A DNA stretch of 64,000 nt from Callorhinchus milii (lineage: Eukaryota), in NCBI RefSeq assembly GCF_018977255.1, contig NW_024704742.1:108130001-108194000 (forward strand), written 5' to 3'. Positions 51,302 to 63,199 of this stretch are shown one piece after another (position 1 is the stretch's first letter; each line of letters starts with the position of its first letter). Position numbers and translations under genes: made by a program. Under the pieces are notes generated by a model. The model was not told where the DNA came from. It made no database searches and saw only the letters and a list, made by a program, of their open reading frames with translations.

Positions 51302-54137
51302 CAATCTCAGTTCCAGTGGGACCCCATTCTTTCTTTCTCCCTCCTCCCAAACCGGAGGATAGAATTTACAGAGATGTATCTTAGAAGCTTTACTGGTGTT
51401 TATTTACCTCTTTCAGTAAATAATATCTTTTGGTGAAAGGCCAAAGCAGTGAAATTGCACACAGCATTTTGTAAATGGTAAACTCCATGTGCTGAGTTGC
51501 CATTTCTTTTTGTGTACTTCTTTATGCTCTTATTCAATGGCACACATAACTTTCCTGTCTTGGTGCAGGTTCCAAACATTTTATAGTTTTTCCAGTGCTG
51601 TTGATTCCCCTTTCACCCCAACTCCCCCGAATATGACGACTACCCTCCTCAATCCTCATGAGTCTTAAGAGCGCACATGCTTATGCATTTCATAGACAGC
51701 CATTACCTTGCTAAGGTTTCCTATAGGGACCTATTAAAATAAACTTGCACTTCCTAACATCTCTTGCAAATCCCCGAATGTAATAAAAACTGTTTCTTAT
51801 AAGATGCAGAATAGATTTAGCTTGAAAACAGCACGTCCCTTTATTTTCGAAAAAGTCATATGTTGGATCGGTCAATAAAATCAAGCTTAAATCTTGCCTG
51901 AAAGGAAGGAAGCCTTTAATGGATCACAAAAGCCTTCTGCTTCCAGTAGTACAAAGATTTAATGGTTTGTACAAAAGCTTTCGCCAAAAGCGGTAAAGCT
52001 GGATAAAAAGAACAAAAATTTAAAAGACGACAATACTACATTTTATCTTTCTCTTAAGTTTGCTGCTGGCAATGATATATGAAATCACAAGAAAATATAG
52101 CAATGAAAATAATAAAAACATTGCTTACAGGATATGTCCTTTTGGGTTAATACATTTTTGTCACATATCACTATTGTAATGACTTCCCAGGTCTCATTCT
52201 TTTAGAGAGCAATTGACTATTTTTAGTATTTTTGTCTCTGTTTTGTCATGAATCTCAATTGTAATGTATCATTCCTGGTAAAATAATATAAGATTGGCGC
52301 TAGTACTAATGGAGAAAGTGATGACTGTTTCCATATTCCAAATTACAACTTCTCTCATAAAACAAATTGGAAGTACTAGCTGATCTTGGTGTACTGGGCA
52401 AAGTCTTAAAATGTTTTATTACTCAGGATAAAACTTGAATTTTCAAGCCAGAGTTCTGCAGTCCTTTATAAAAAAAACTGTGAAACAGGCTTCCAAATTA
52501 ACATTGAATTTAAGAATTTTTCAAAATTTTGCACAATCTTAAATTATAGGACAATTGTCCTAAGGTTAGTATCATGAGAAATTCCGAGTGTTAATCGCTG
52601 TGTAAGTTAAGTGCAGCTGTAACCTTATGATACAACACAATTTACAATTATATATCGTCTTTCAGGTCAAGAGGATGTCTCAAAGCGTTTTACAGCACTG
52701 GATGTGAGCCAAGGGTAGTGTGGGCTGAGGATACTTACAATTGTTATGGTGCCTTTCTTATGGGAAAGATGACCAAACACACAGTAACCTTCACTGCTAC
52801 TATAGTGGATGTGGTGACCTGCATCATTCATAGACTCCTTGGTTCAGTATTACCCAGATAGCTGATTTTGCTGGGGTCATATCTGTTGTTACAGATCTAC
52901 TGGCTGAGGAAGTGTCTGCAGCAACTGCTTCTACTGTAATATGTTCATTACACCCACGTTCTCAGGTAGATACTTTTTCAGAACTATTCATTTCATCCAC
53001 TTCTGTAGTGATATACTTTTCCTAAGTTCACTAAATGCTCACTTCTCAGTGATCTTCTACAGTTGTGCAGAAAAGGCCTGACCAAGTTAAATTATTCTTG
53101 TTTTTATTGCACCAATGTTCATTGATCAAGCTTTGGAGGAGTGACAAATTTCATGAGCAGCAAAAACCAGGAGCAATTTTTCCCAATGTTGCTTCCGCCT
53201 TGACATTGCACTACTGTTTGGCCATGGTTTCTTCTCCGTTACCTTTATGGACCAGAAGAATGTCAGACTCAGCATGTTCTTTACTCCACATTCGCCCGCC
53301 TGAGTTGGAAACCTCCAAACAGTTTGGTAAATGATACGCTGGTGGTGTAACAGCATTGCCATGACAAGATGGCAATTTCAAGGAATCTTGTTCATTAATA
53401 AGTCAAAGAGTTTTACTAAATATCCCCCTGCTGCTGCTGGTGACCTGGGAGGGAAACTCAGTTTTTGCTGTTAAGGCAACATGGATATCAGATTTAAAAG
53501 CTACAGTAGTTCCACAGGTAAATAATAATAATAATCATAATAAGGCAAAGGCTTGTGTCAAAGAAGGCTTCAGTACAATAGTTGGACTTAAATATTTCTG
53601 TCCTCCTGATGGCAGAGAATGGAATATTTATCCAGCTAAAAGTACAAAACCACCTTATAATATAACCCTTAGATTTGATATGGCGTCTTATCAAGTCTTC
53701 GCGATGCCTCAAAGCGCTTCACAGAATATACTGTAAAGTGAGTTGACTGTATATTTTGTTAACTGGTTATCCTGTCCAGCAGCACATTCAAATATTGCCT
53801 GCAAGGTTGAAAAAGCATTGGCTTTCAATCACTAAGTGGCAATTTAAGACAGCAGCCAAATAATTTTGGAAAAAGAGGCTTTTAATCAAACTGTTGTGTT
53901 GAATTTAGGTGATGGGGATAATTGTTCTGACTTGAAGCCAATCGACTGAAAGTCGGTTATTTTTTAACATGTTCATTGTCATTATTACATCAAATCTGTA
54001 ATGAAAGGTTGTATCACAGGCTGAACGGTGTGTGAATTTTTATTGTTACAATAAGGGTGTAAAGATATTCTTGAGAGAGGCAGATTGAATTCTTCTCTCA
54101 CTGTATCTTTCTCTGTAAAGGCTGTGACACTACATAG

Positions 54138-54550
54138 AACAACAACAACTTGCACTTATATAGCGCCCTCCACGCAGGGTAGCATCTCAGAGGCTTAACA
54201 GTGGTGGAGCCTGACTCTGAGCCGGCGGGAGGGGGGAGGTGGCCGTAAGCACGGTCAAACAGGAAAGTTTTCAGGCGAGACTTGAAAGAGGGGAGAGAGG
54301 GGGCAAGGCAGAGGGATTGAGGGAGAGCGTTTCAGAGTTTTGGGACATAGTGGCTGAAAGCACGATCTCCAATGGTGGGGCGGAGGGTGCGAGGGTCAAG
54401 CAGGAGGCCGGTGCCAGTCGAGCGGAGGCGCCGGGTGATGGATTGGGGAGGCCGGTCAGGCAAGGAGGTGCCAGACAGTAAATGGATTTGAACATGAGAG
54501 TCAACAAGTTTAGGGAATGAAAATCCACTTTGTAGTGACTGCAAGTCCCC
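54138..54550 (-). mobile_element. 5'-truncated L2 of a second family
   Basis: Minus ORFs LTLMFKSIYCLAPP and RTLRPTIGDRAFSHY. Distinct tail (minus) GCCTCTGAGATGCTACCCTGCGTGGAGGGCGCTATATAAGTGCAAGTTGTTGTT. Confidence 0.85.
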
Positions 54551-56860
54551 ATCACAAAATGGCCCACAATCCTGTAAAAATTAATATTAATATCAGTAAG
54601 CTGATTCCGAGGGTCCAAAGGGATGGTTGGTGGGAAATGGAAATTATTACCCTCGAACAGCAGGTGTTGCTTTTCTGCAGTTGGGATTAAGGGACATCTT
54701 GTTGGCTCAGAATGGAGGGAACTGGATCCAAGAATTTTTGTTATTATTTCTCTAATTTTCTGCCCGTAATCCTCTCTCCCTGAAAACACCTTATGTCATT
54801 CCAGGTCAACCGTGGCTCTCAGTTTAGTGGCCATTCTTCATGGGAGCCTAATGAGCAGCATCCTGGTGTAACGACAGACTCAATGTCACAATTTTAGTGT
54901 AGCTTTGTTAGAAAAAAATCTGTTCTTAAAAAGGATGGGGGCATTGACTTGACACAATAAAGCAGTAGCTGAAGGGGAAAAGGGAAAGCTTTATTAATGA
55001 AACATGTTTTCCAAAGAAATGAAAAGTGATATTATATCCTTTGCCACTGCTTATGCATTTTCACACCTAGATATTAGCAAATAAATGTTATAACAGCTAA
55101 TATAATTGTACATTAATACTTCTGTAGCCTTCTTCACTTTCTTTTTTACATTGCCAGACTCTGGAAATGTAAGATTGTGTGATATGCCACTGCAAAGTGC
55201 ACAAAATTATTAATCCTATTTATAATACTGTGATGGGGCAGTCTGGGTTTATAAAAGGTACATTTATTATTACTGGCTAATGGAAAAACTCCCACTTGTT
55301 TGTACTATTGCACCACAGTGCACAGAAGGCAAAGCATTTATTTCCCTGTGTTCTATGTATTTCCAATTCCAGCTTTAGACTAGCCAGCAATGAGTCATTC
55401 TGTGCCACATATTCTCTGCCAGGTCTGTCTGCCAATTAGTGTTGAATGTGGGCAGTTTTTTTGCACTGATAAATGGTGCTCTATAGACGGGCCAAGCTCT
55501 TTTCAATGATAGCCAACAGAGAGGGCAAAGGTGATTCTTTCTTGCTGGACTGGCTTCAAACCAGGATCATGGGAAAAGAGAGAGCAGAATTGTAGCAAAG
55601 ACTTCACATAGGCACACTTAGCATGAATTAACATTTGAGTGGCACCTCCTTTGAAAAATCTGCAGTGTAGAATGCCATCACGTCATCGTGCTTCTATGCA
55701 ATCTTTATGTGGCCTTGAAATGTCTGCAGTCTCACTGATCAAATGTAAAGTTAGATCTGCTTTTGAAGTTGTTAGTCTGTTACCGAATGACAAACTACAT
55801 TGATGTAACGTCCTCAGTTATTTGTAGTCATCATTGCTGGTAGATCTTAGCAGCAACAAAGAACTCCATCAGTCAGTCACACTCACACCATCAAAAGAAG
55901 AAACAGCTTTGGTTGGAGCCTGAAGAAGCTCAGAACATTGTAAGCAAAACGAAAGACAAAATGAACACACACACTAGTGTGATTCCCCAGGGAATAAGGA
56001 CTTGGCAAGCTTCTCTTTGTGTTGCACTACAGAAGCCTTGGATCTGATCCTGTGTGTGAATCAATGAGCATTGTGGCATCCTTGAACTGTTTTGTGCAAG
56101 GAATTATCTCTAATCATAACTAAGATGCAGAAGATGAATGCATATCTGCATATCTATATCTACAAATAGACCTGCTCCTGTAATGTTACAAGATATGTAA
56201 GTTGTTATAATCAACAACAAAATACTAATAAGGAATGATAAAATAGATACTTATTTAAAGAAGGAACTAAAGTATGTATTTTCCAGATATTTCCAATTTC
56301 CGATTCCTGGAGTGAGAAAATTCTATCATCAATTGTCAGGGGTTGCCATGGTAATATGATAAATTGAACACTTCTCCTTGAAGCATACTCTCCATGTTAA
56401 TTTAGATTTAGTTTATATGTAAGTAATATACCAAAAATCTACAGTTACAATCCCCCGAGACAAAAATCTTGTTAAATCTTGATATTTCTGTAATTCAAGA
56501 ACTATTGGGTTGAAATTCTACTCACTGCCATGTGAGGTGACTTTGGGGATGTATGATTGTAATGGGGATTCCCATTACCAACTGCCACTGCTATTACACC
56601 TAATGCCGACCAGAATTTCAGCCCGATCAGCGTTAGGTGTAACAGCAGTGGCAGTTCACTTTTGTGTGAAAACGCTGTCAATCTGCCTCAGCTGGTCGCC
56701 CTCTTGTCACTGATTCAGAAGGTTAGGGGTTACAGTCCCAAATCGGGACTTGAATCTCTTAAATTCAGCCTTAGTTTAGAAGCTGGCTCTATTTAAGAAA
56801 TGCGGAATAAAACCTTTCCAAAAACCAAATTTAAGGATATTCCAAAATTCTGAATCATTT

Positions 56861-57177
56861 AATAATAATAATAATCCTTGCATTTGATATAGCGCTTTTC
56901 ACGTCAGGAGGACGTCCCAAAGCGCTTCACAGAACACACTGTAAAGTGAATTGACTGTATATTTGTGGGCGAACGCGGCAGCCAATTGCGCACAGCAATG
57001 TCCCACAAACAGTCGTAGATTGAAAATGACCAATTTATTATTGTTTTGGGTTTTGGAGGGATTATTATTAGGCGTGTGGAGTAAGGAAACTTGCCCAAGG
57101 TTTCGCCCTGCCTGGAATTGAACTCAGGTCTCTCGCTTGCAAAGCGAGTGCTCTAACCACTGAGCTACAGGACTCCA
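56861..57177 (-). mobile_element. Young full-length tRNA-Ala SINE, short form
   Basis: Intact A/B boxes, perfect anticodon arm CTCGC-TTTGCAA-GCGAG, retained CpGs, about 7 differences from 1279-1602 by eye. Confidence 0.94.
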
Positions 57178-57354
57178 CGAAGATAAGGTGGAATAAGGTG
57201 GAATCTTGAGCCAGTGTACTTTCTTAAGCGGGAGGGAGGAAAAAGTAGAATCAACTGGAGCAGGAACTGTATATAAGTCATGTATAGATCAGCACCTTTA
57301 GAGATTTGGCAGCAGGTTATCTCCCAGCCTCGCAGGAGTTTGCTGGATCGAATC

Positions 57355-57715
57355 TTGGTAAGTGCTGAGTTTGCTGGTCTCAGTGAGGGTTGAGCGGGTG
57401 GCTAAATTGGTTTAAACTTTTCCCAAGTTAGGGAGGGACAAACCAGCGAGGGTTGATGCTCCTAGTCCCTCTCTAGCACCCTCCACTGGCTGTTGTGTGT
57501 GCGTGAGACAGTCGGGTGGGAAGAGGTCAGGCTCGGCTGTGATGCCCTCTACAATTGAGTGACCTCCCGACAATCACTGCCAAGGATCACAACAATGGAC
57601 AATGATCATTTTTGGGCGGCAAATCAAGGCTTGTAGAGCCACGTCCCAGTAAGCGGAGGTCAGACAAGGAGCAGAGAGACATACCAGTGGTGGGGGGGGG
57701 GGGGACAAGAAAATT
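57355..57715 (+). mobile_element. Ancient AmnSINE2-like SINE
   Basis: GTGCTGAGTTTGCTGGTCTCAG..TTAGGGAGGGACAAACCAGCGAGGGTT..CAGGCTCGGCTGTGATGCCCTC..TCACTGCCAAGGATCAC. Confidence 0.55.
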
Positions 57716-58544
57716 TAGACACTAATGTTTTTTAAAAAACATGAAAGAGCAAAAGAGGATAAATATAGTGGAGAGACACAATAATAATACCATCACAATA
57801 CAGATTAACATTGCAACAACAGCAGACTGAGCAGCAGAAATAGTGAAATATACAGCTCTTGTGATCTCATTACATTTCACTTACAAATGTAGTAGTAAAC
57901 TTTGTACTTTCTTTGGGTTCAGGGTGTATTTTGTTCATTTCTTAAAAATATATATATTTTAATCAAATCTCCATTGGCACCATGATCTGCCTTGTACCAG
58001 CATTCAAATGTGTTTTCATGCCATATTGAACTGAATATTTTAAAAAGTTCTTTTGAAGTATTTATTGCGCTGTGACTGTGACACATTCACTGAATGGTTC
58101 ATACAGTATTTTTGTGTTCCTAGATTAGACTTCAAAAGACACACCATTTGATTAGTTTCACTGTTGGATTCTGGGGCTGTAATCCTCCTTCGCAAATTCA
58201 TTTTAAAACAAATACCTTTGATTTATTATGTGGAACCGTTAGACACTGAAGGAAGTTATGTTGCTTTTTGATGTCGCAAGGAAGCAGTTACAGCTTGTAC
58301 GACAAACAAGGAAGTACTGAAACATAAACCGTGTTCCATTGCAGTGAGATGACAGGTGAACATACTTTACATTGATAGATGCACCAGTTATATTAAAACC
58401 AATACAGTAATAAAAGAGCAGAACATAACTTTCTAAATTCCTACCTGACCATGGATTCTTCACATTCGGCTCTTGTTAACACTGCAAGACAAAATCCCAA
58501 TGGGTAGACAGTGATCTCAATGACAAGCTATTCTATTTGACATA

Positions 58545-58825
58545 ATAATTAGCTTTGCATTTGATATTGCACCTTTCATGTCTTGAGGATGTCCCAAAGT
58601 GCCCCAAAGGATTTATTGTGCAAACTGGAAGAAAGTTCCTTCTTGTCAAATAATGGGATCGTTAACATCCATCTGAACATGCAGACGGGACCTATGTTTA
58701 ATATTTCATTTGAGGATAACACCTCCACTTTCTCTAGTTCTGCATTGGAATGTCAGCCTAGACTAGTGGAGTTTAAATTCCCAATGTGAGGCGTTAACCT
58801 ACATCCTTCTAACTCAGAGACGAGA
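58545..58825 (-). mobile_element. Internally deleted DeuSINE
   Basis: Tail, ATGGGATCGTTAACATCCATCTG, CTGCATTGGAATGTCAGCCTAGA, and CCTTCTAACTCAGAG. Confidence 0.7.
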
Positions 58826-60217
58826 GACCAGACGCAAGATGTCAGCCTGACTCAATTGGTAGTACACAACCAACACATTGGTAACAAGTGAACACACTCG
58901 CAAACAACCACACATTAACATGTTAACTCAAATCAATACTCTCCCGAATTACGTAAGTAGAGTGTATCCCTTCAGGGAGAGAGCATATATTCCATTCCAG
59001 ACACAGGGAGATTTCCATATATAGGTGGCATAATATATGGAAGTTTCAATATGGTTTAAAATAAAAGGTCAATCCACTTTATAATGTATTCTGTGAAACT
59101 CTTTGAGATTTCTCAAAGACGTGATGAGGCGCTATATCAAATGCAAGGATTATTATTAGTTATTATGGTTTGGATACTCCTAAGCATATGTCAGATGTCT
59201 AGCTGACCAAAAAAATTAAAATCTTTGGCTTATATAAGCTTGGGTCACCGAGTCCTATAATAACATACACTTAGTAAAGGTTTACAGGATTTTTTCTTTA
59301 AAAAAAATTCAGAACCATTATCCCTTTGCTAGAATAAGCTGAAGAAACGATGATAAATGAATATCTTTTGGCTACTATCATGACACGCTATTATGTTACC
59401 CATTCAGTGAATGTACAATGCATGGCAGTCACAGCATAATAAATACTTTAAAGGAGCTGTTTAAAATATTCAGTTCAATGCAGCATTAAATCACATTTCA
59501 AAGCTCATGATAGCCAAATCCATTGTATGAAAAGAGAGATTTGATTAAAATTAGATTTTGTTTAAAAAATGAACAGCATAAATGATAAGCACAAGTAAGT
59601 ACAACATTTATTGTACTTGTGAGATAATAATGAATCCACTCTGTGGTGCCATCAATGATAGTAACAGTGGGCGACCTTGAAGTTCATCACATTCCGCCGT
59701 GTTCTGCATGACAATAGCTGCATTGCTAAATCAAAAAGTGGGCAGGAAGAATGAGTGTATTTGATCTCCGACTCCGCAGTAGATAATGACATACATGAAC
59801 AAACTCAAACACACATGTCAACATACAAACAGAAATTCATGAAGGGAACTCAGCAGAGGAGAACAGTGTTTCATACAAAACAAACAACTGACCCAATATC
59901 AGTGTTGATTCTCAAAAGGTTGGCAATATTTATGGGCTATGGTGTATGAGACATCTATTTCTCTTCAGGAGGCCTGTAAATTTGCCCAGGGTGGGTGTGA
60001 GTTTGTAATGGAATCATCCTGTAACCTTACACCATCAACTTTGTAAATTCTTCTGAATAAACTGCAGAGGTGATTGTGCTGAGTTAATGCTAATCTATGA
60101 AACCAAGCTTTTTGGGAGTGAAAAATTTGAAATTATCACTAACTAAATTATCACTAACTTATATTTAAATATAGCCACCATTGACTATATTTAAATGGTT
60201 TGCCATATTTGCCTATA

Positions 60218-60440
60218 AGAGAAGGGAGTTTCTCTCTTCTGATGTCCTGACCAACAATTCCCCAGGCAAAATTGGTCATTCACTTCAAGTCTGTCTATGG
60301 GACATTTTGCTGTGCACAAACTGGCTGCCGTCTTCACCTACAAAATATGGAGGTCACTACGCGTTACAGCAAATCCTGTGAAGCATTTTGAGAATCCTCC
60401 TGACATGAAAACCGCTATATCAATTGCAAGGATTATTTTA
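60218..60440 (+). mobile_element. DeuSINE 3' half
   Basis: AGAGAAGGGAGTTTCTC..GTCCTGACCAACAATTCCCCAG..tail. Confidence 0.78.
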
Positions 60441-61121
60441 TCATAAATAAGAGAATGCCATCATATTGAAGTCTGCAATTTTATATTGATCTTGTAACTG
60501 CTTTATGATAAAGGAGTTGCCACCTTTTGAACCGTGTTTGCAGTGTGTGGCAGGGCTGTCACTGTCAGCAACTGTCAGTGAAAAGAGCTTAAATTTGCAA
60601 AATGTCACCCCTCTCCCTGCTCACTGTAGTTTTTGTTACACAATGATTAAATTAATCAACTTACCCAGAGCTAGTTTTTGTTCTGTCATTCTCCAATTCT
60701 CCAGCCACGTGACTGGTTCCCACCGGAGCCAGCAGCCTACAATCTTCACAGTGTGCTGTCTGAGACAGAGCCCTATGTTACCCATCAAAACAAGTAATGA
60801 AGCCAAAACGATTTATTATAAAATACAAACTCCTTGTACTATCTACTCTTTTTTAGTTTGAAGGCAGTGGGTTAAAAAAAATGGCCTTAGTGGATTCAAT
60901 GTAATAGTCATATCTTTTAATGAAGTATCACATGTTTTGGTGGAAAGGGACACCTATTGGGGTTTTCACATTCGTATCACATTTACACAATGCTGGATTA
61001 TGTCTAAAATGTTCATGCTCCAATATTTGGATTAAAGGGCTTGTCAATCTTACCAGGATGCTTTGGCTCACTCTGGTACTTCAGCAGTGTGTAATACTAC
61101 AAATATACAGTCCACAAATAT

Positions 61122-61234
61122 CGCCCACAAATATACAGTCAATTCACTTTACAGTGTATTCTGTGAAGCGCTTTGGGACGTCCTCCTGATGTGAAAAGCA
61201 CTATATCAAATGCAAGGATTATTATTATTATTAC
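61122..61234 (+). mobile_element. Young 5'-truncated SINE tail
   Basis: CGCCCACAAATATACAGTCAATTCACTTTACAGTG..GCGCTTTGGGACGTCCTCCTGATGTGAAAAGCAC..(ATT)n. Confidence 0.9.
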
Positions 61235-63199
61235 TAGTCATTGCAGGTGTGTCTCAATGGCTCCAGCATAACCTCTAAAACAAATATATCTACCAGTTGT
61301 GTGCAGAGCAAGGAGCAGAATCAGGAACTCATGTAGATCACTAAAGGTTTAAAGAATAAAAAACAAGTTTACCTCTGAGAATCCCGCAAGTAGCTAAATA
61401 ACCCCGAGAGAGGCCTGCAGAGGGGCAGTAAATAAACAAGATACCAACTATAAAACTCAAATGAAATGTAATCTCAGGGACATATTGAACACTTTTCCAA
61501 TGAATGAGATAAGGAAAATATAAAAGGTCTCCTGAGCCTGAATTTTATGCAGTTTTGAAGTCAGGGTTATTTGCCACCTCTAGAAACAGTATTCAAATGT
61601 AAATGGCTTTTGTTTCTTTATCTATTATCTTTTAAAATGCCATAATTATCAAATATTAATTTTTTTCTGGCACTACAAACACCGTGCATTGAAGTTAAAG
61701 TGCAATTTTTATTCCGAGGATATAAATGTTATAAATAAAAGGGTATATTTGAATATCTTAACCCCTACCAAAGCTATTTGGTTGCCCCCAGCGCTTATAA
61801 GTAGTTCAATAGGACAACATCATATTCAAAGTGAAATATTAGAAACGGGCAGCTTGAGAACTGAATAATTTAGTTGGGTTTTAGCATGAGGAAAGAGAGA
61901 CCCTAAAATGGAACTAGACAGATGTAAAATGTGTTATCCATGCCTGTAGAGCACAAGCTCTACAGTTTGTAGCGATGATTAACTGGTTAGTACCTGGTTC
62001 ATTCGTTCCTACTTCAGATATTTCTAATGACTGTGGAGCGACATTAGTCTTGTTGCTTCACTCTGCCAAGTTCACTGTTTACCTTTCACACACAGCCAAA
62101 GCACCAATTCTATGTGTATCACAAAAACTGTGCCAAAGCAATGAATTGAAACAATCTAGGAACCATGAGTGACTGTTAATCACATCTCAAGCCCTTGTAG
62201 CTTTTGTTATGCACAGTAAACTGGAGGTTTAGGTAAGAATGAACTGAAATAATTTTTTGTCCCCAGTTTACATGATTATTCTGAATATAAACCTAAAATG
62301 AAAACATCCTTTTAACACCAAACAAAAAAACATGCAATACAATTTTGTGGCACCCACATTCCCAAGTTCACTCTATTGTTATTGACTGACTCCATTTGGT
62401 TGTGTAAAATGCCTGTTCTCTGCTTGACTAAACATTTTTGTGTTGCTGCCAGTATAATCCACACCATGAATAAACTATATACACTGCCTGATCAGCGATA
62501 AAAGCAATACAAACCAGCATAACAATAATAATATCAGACATGGGAACTTTTTCACAAGAAGCACAGACAGATGGATTAGAAAATGAACCTATTCCCAGGA
62601 TTGCTAATCTCAGTTATCTGCTTATCTCTGCTAACTGCCATTCACTGAAATGACCTGGTTTATTCAGTGCTGCAAACTGTTTGCACAAGAAATATATTAG
62701 TGAGGAGGTGGAAGTCTGTACTTCAAAATATTCCTAAACCATGACATTTTAATTAAAAATTTATGCTACAGAAATGATTAAATCTACCACATGCAGAAAA
62801 TCTCAAGATACTGTTTTTAAAAACATGAGATAATCAAAGCTGGAGAAAGTGACATTTTAGGCTATGAATCCATTAAAATGTAGCATTACCTTAAAGCAGT
62901 GTAAAATTTCTTACATACTAAATGCAGAATATTTTAATCATAAAGTGGAGTAATGTTTCTTTCACTATAATTCCATAAGGTACACAATATAAGATTTTAG
63001 AACAGACTAAGAATATAAAGCTGGAATAAGATGTGTTTTGGTTTATGCAACCTTTTCCAGACACCATATGACACCATGTGCTCTCTCCTCCAGACTCTAC
63101 CCATCCGTTTAATCTCATCAGAAATGTTTTTTGGCAGAATTAGTCTCTGCTCTCCAACGATTACATTTCCAGAAACGCTCATCACCCGAGTCCTCATCA

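Noticed and set aside
56688..56755. CTCF-like motif GTCGCCCTCTTGTCA
   Set aside because: It lies within a degenerate DeuSINE tRNA head and is only a partial match; unsupported without ChIP data.
57105..57177. tRNA-Ala(UGC)-like sequence (also ~1530-1602, 48080-48151, 49006-49075, 50410-50475)
   Set aside because: These are SINE heads. They lack a convincing acceptor stem and continue into SINE body and tail.
1300..61234. Recurrent ~35-nt hairpin motif (GGGACGTCCTCC.GACGTGAAA) that superficially suggests a CRISPR-like or regulatory repeat
   Set aside because: Copies are dispersed, occur on both strands, are irregularly spaced, and always form the 3' tail of an L2 or SINE.
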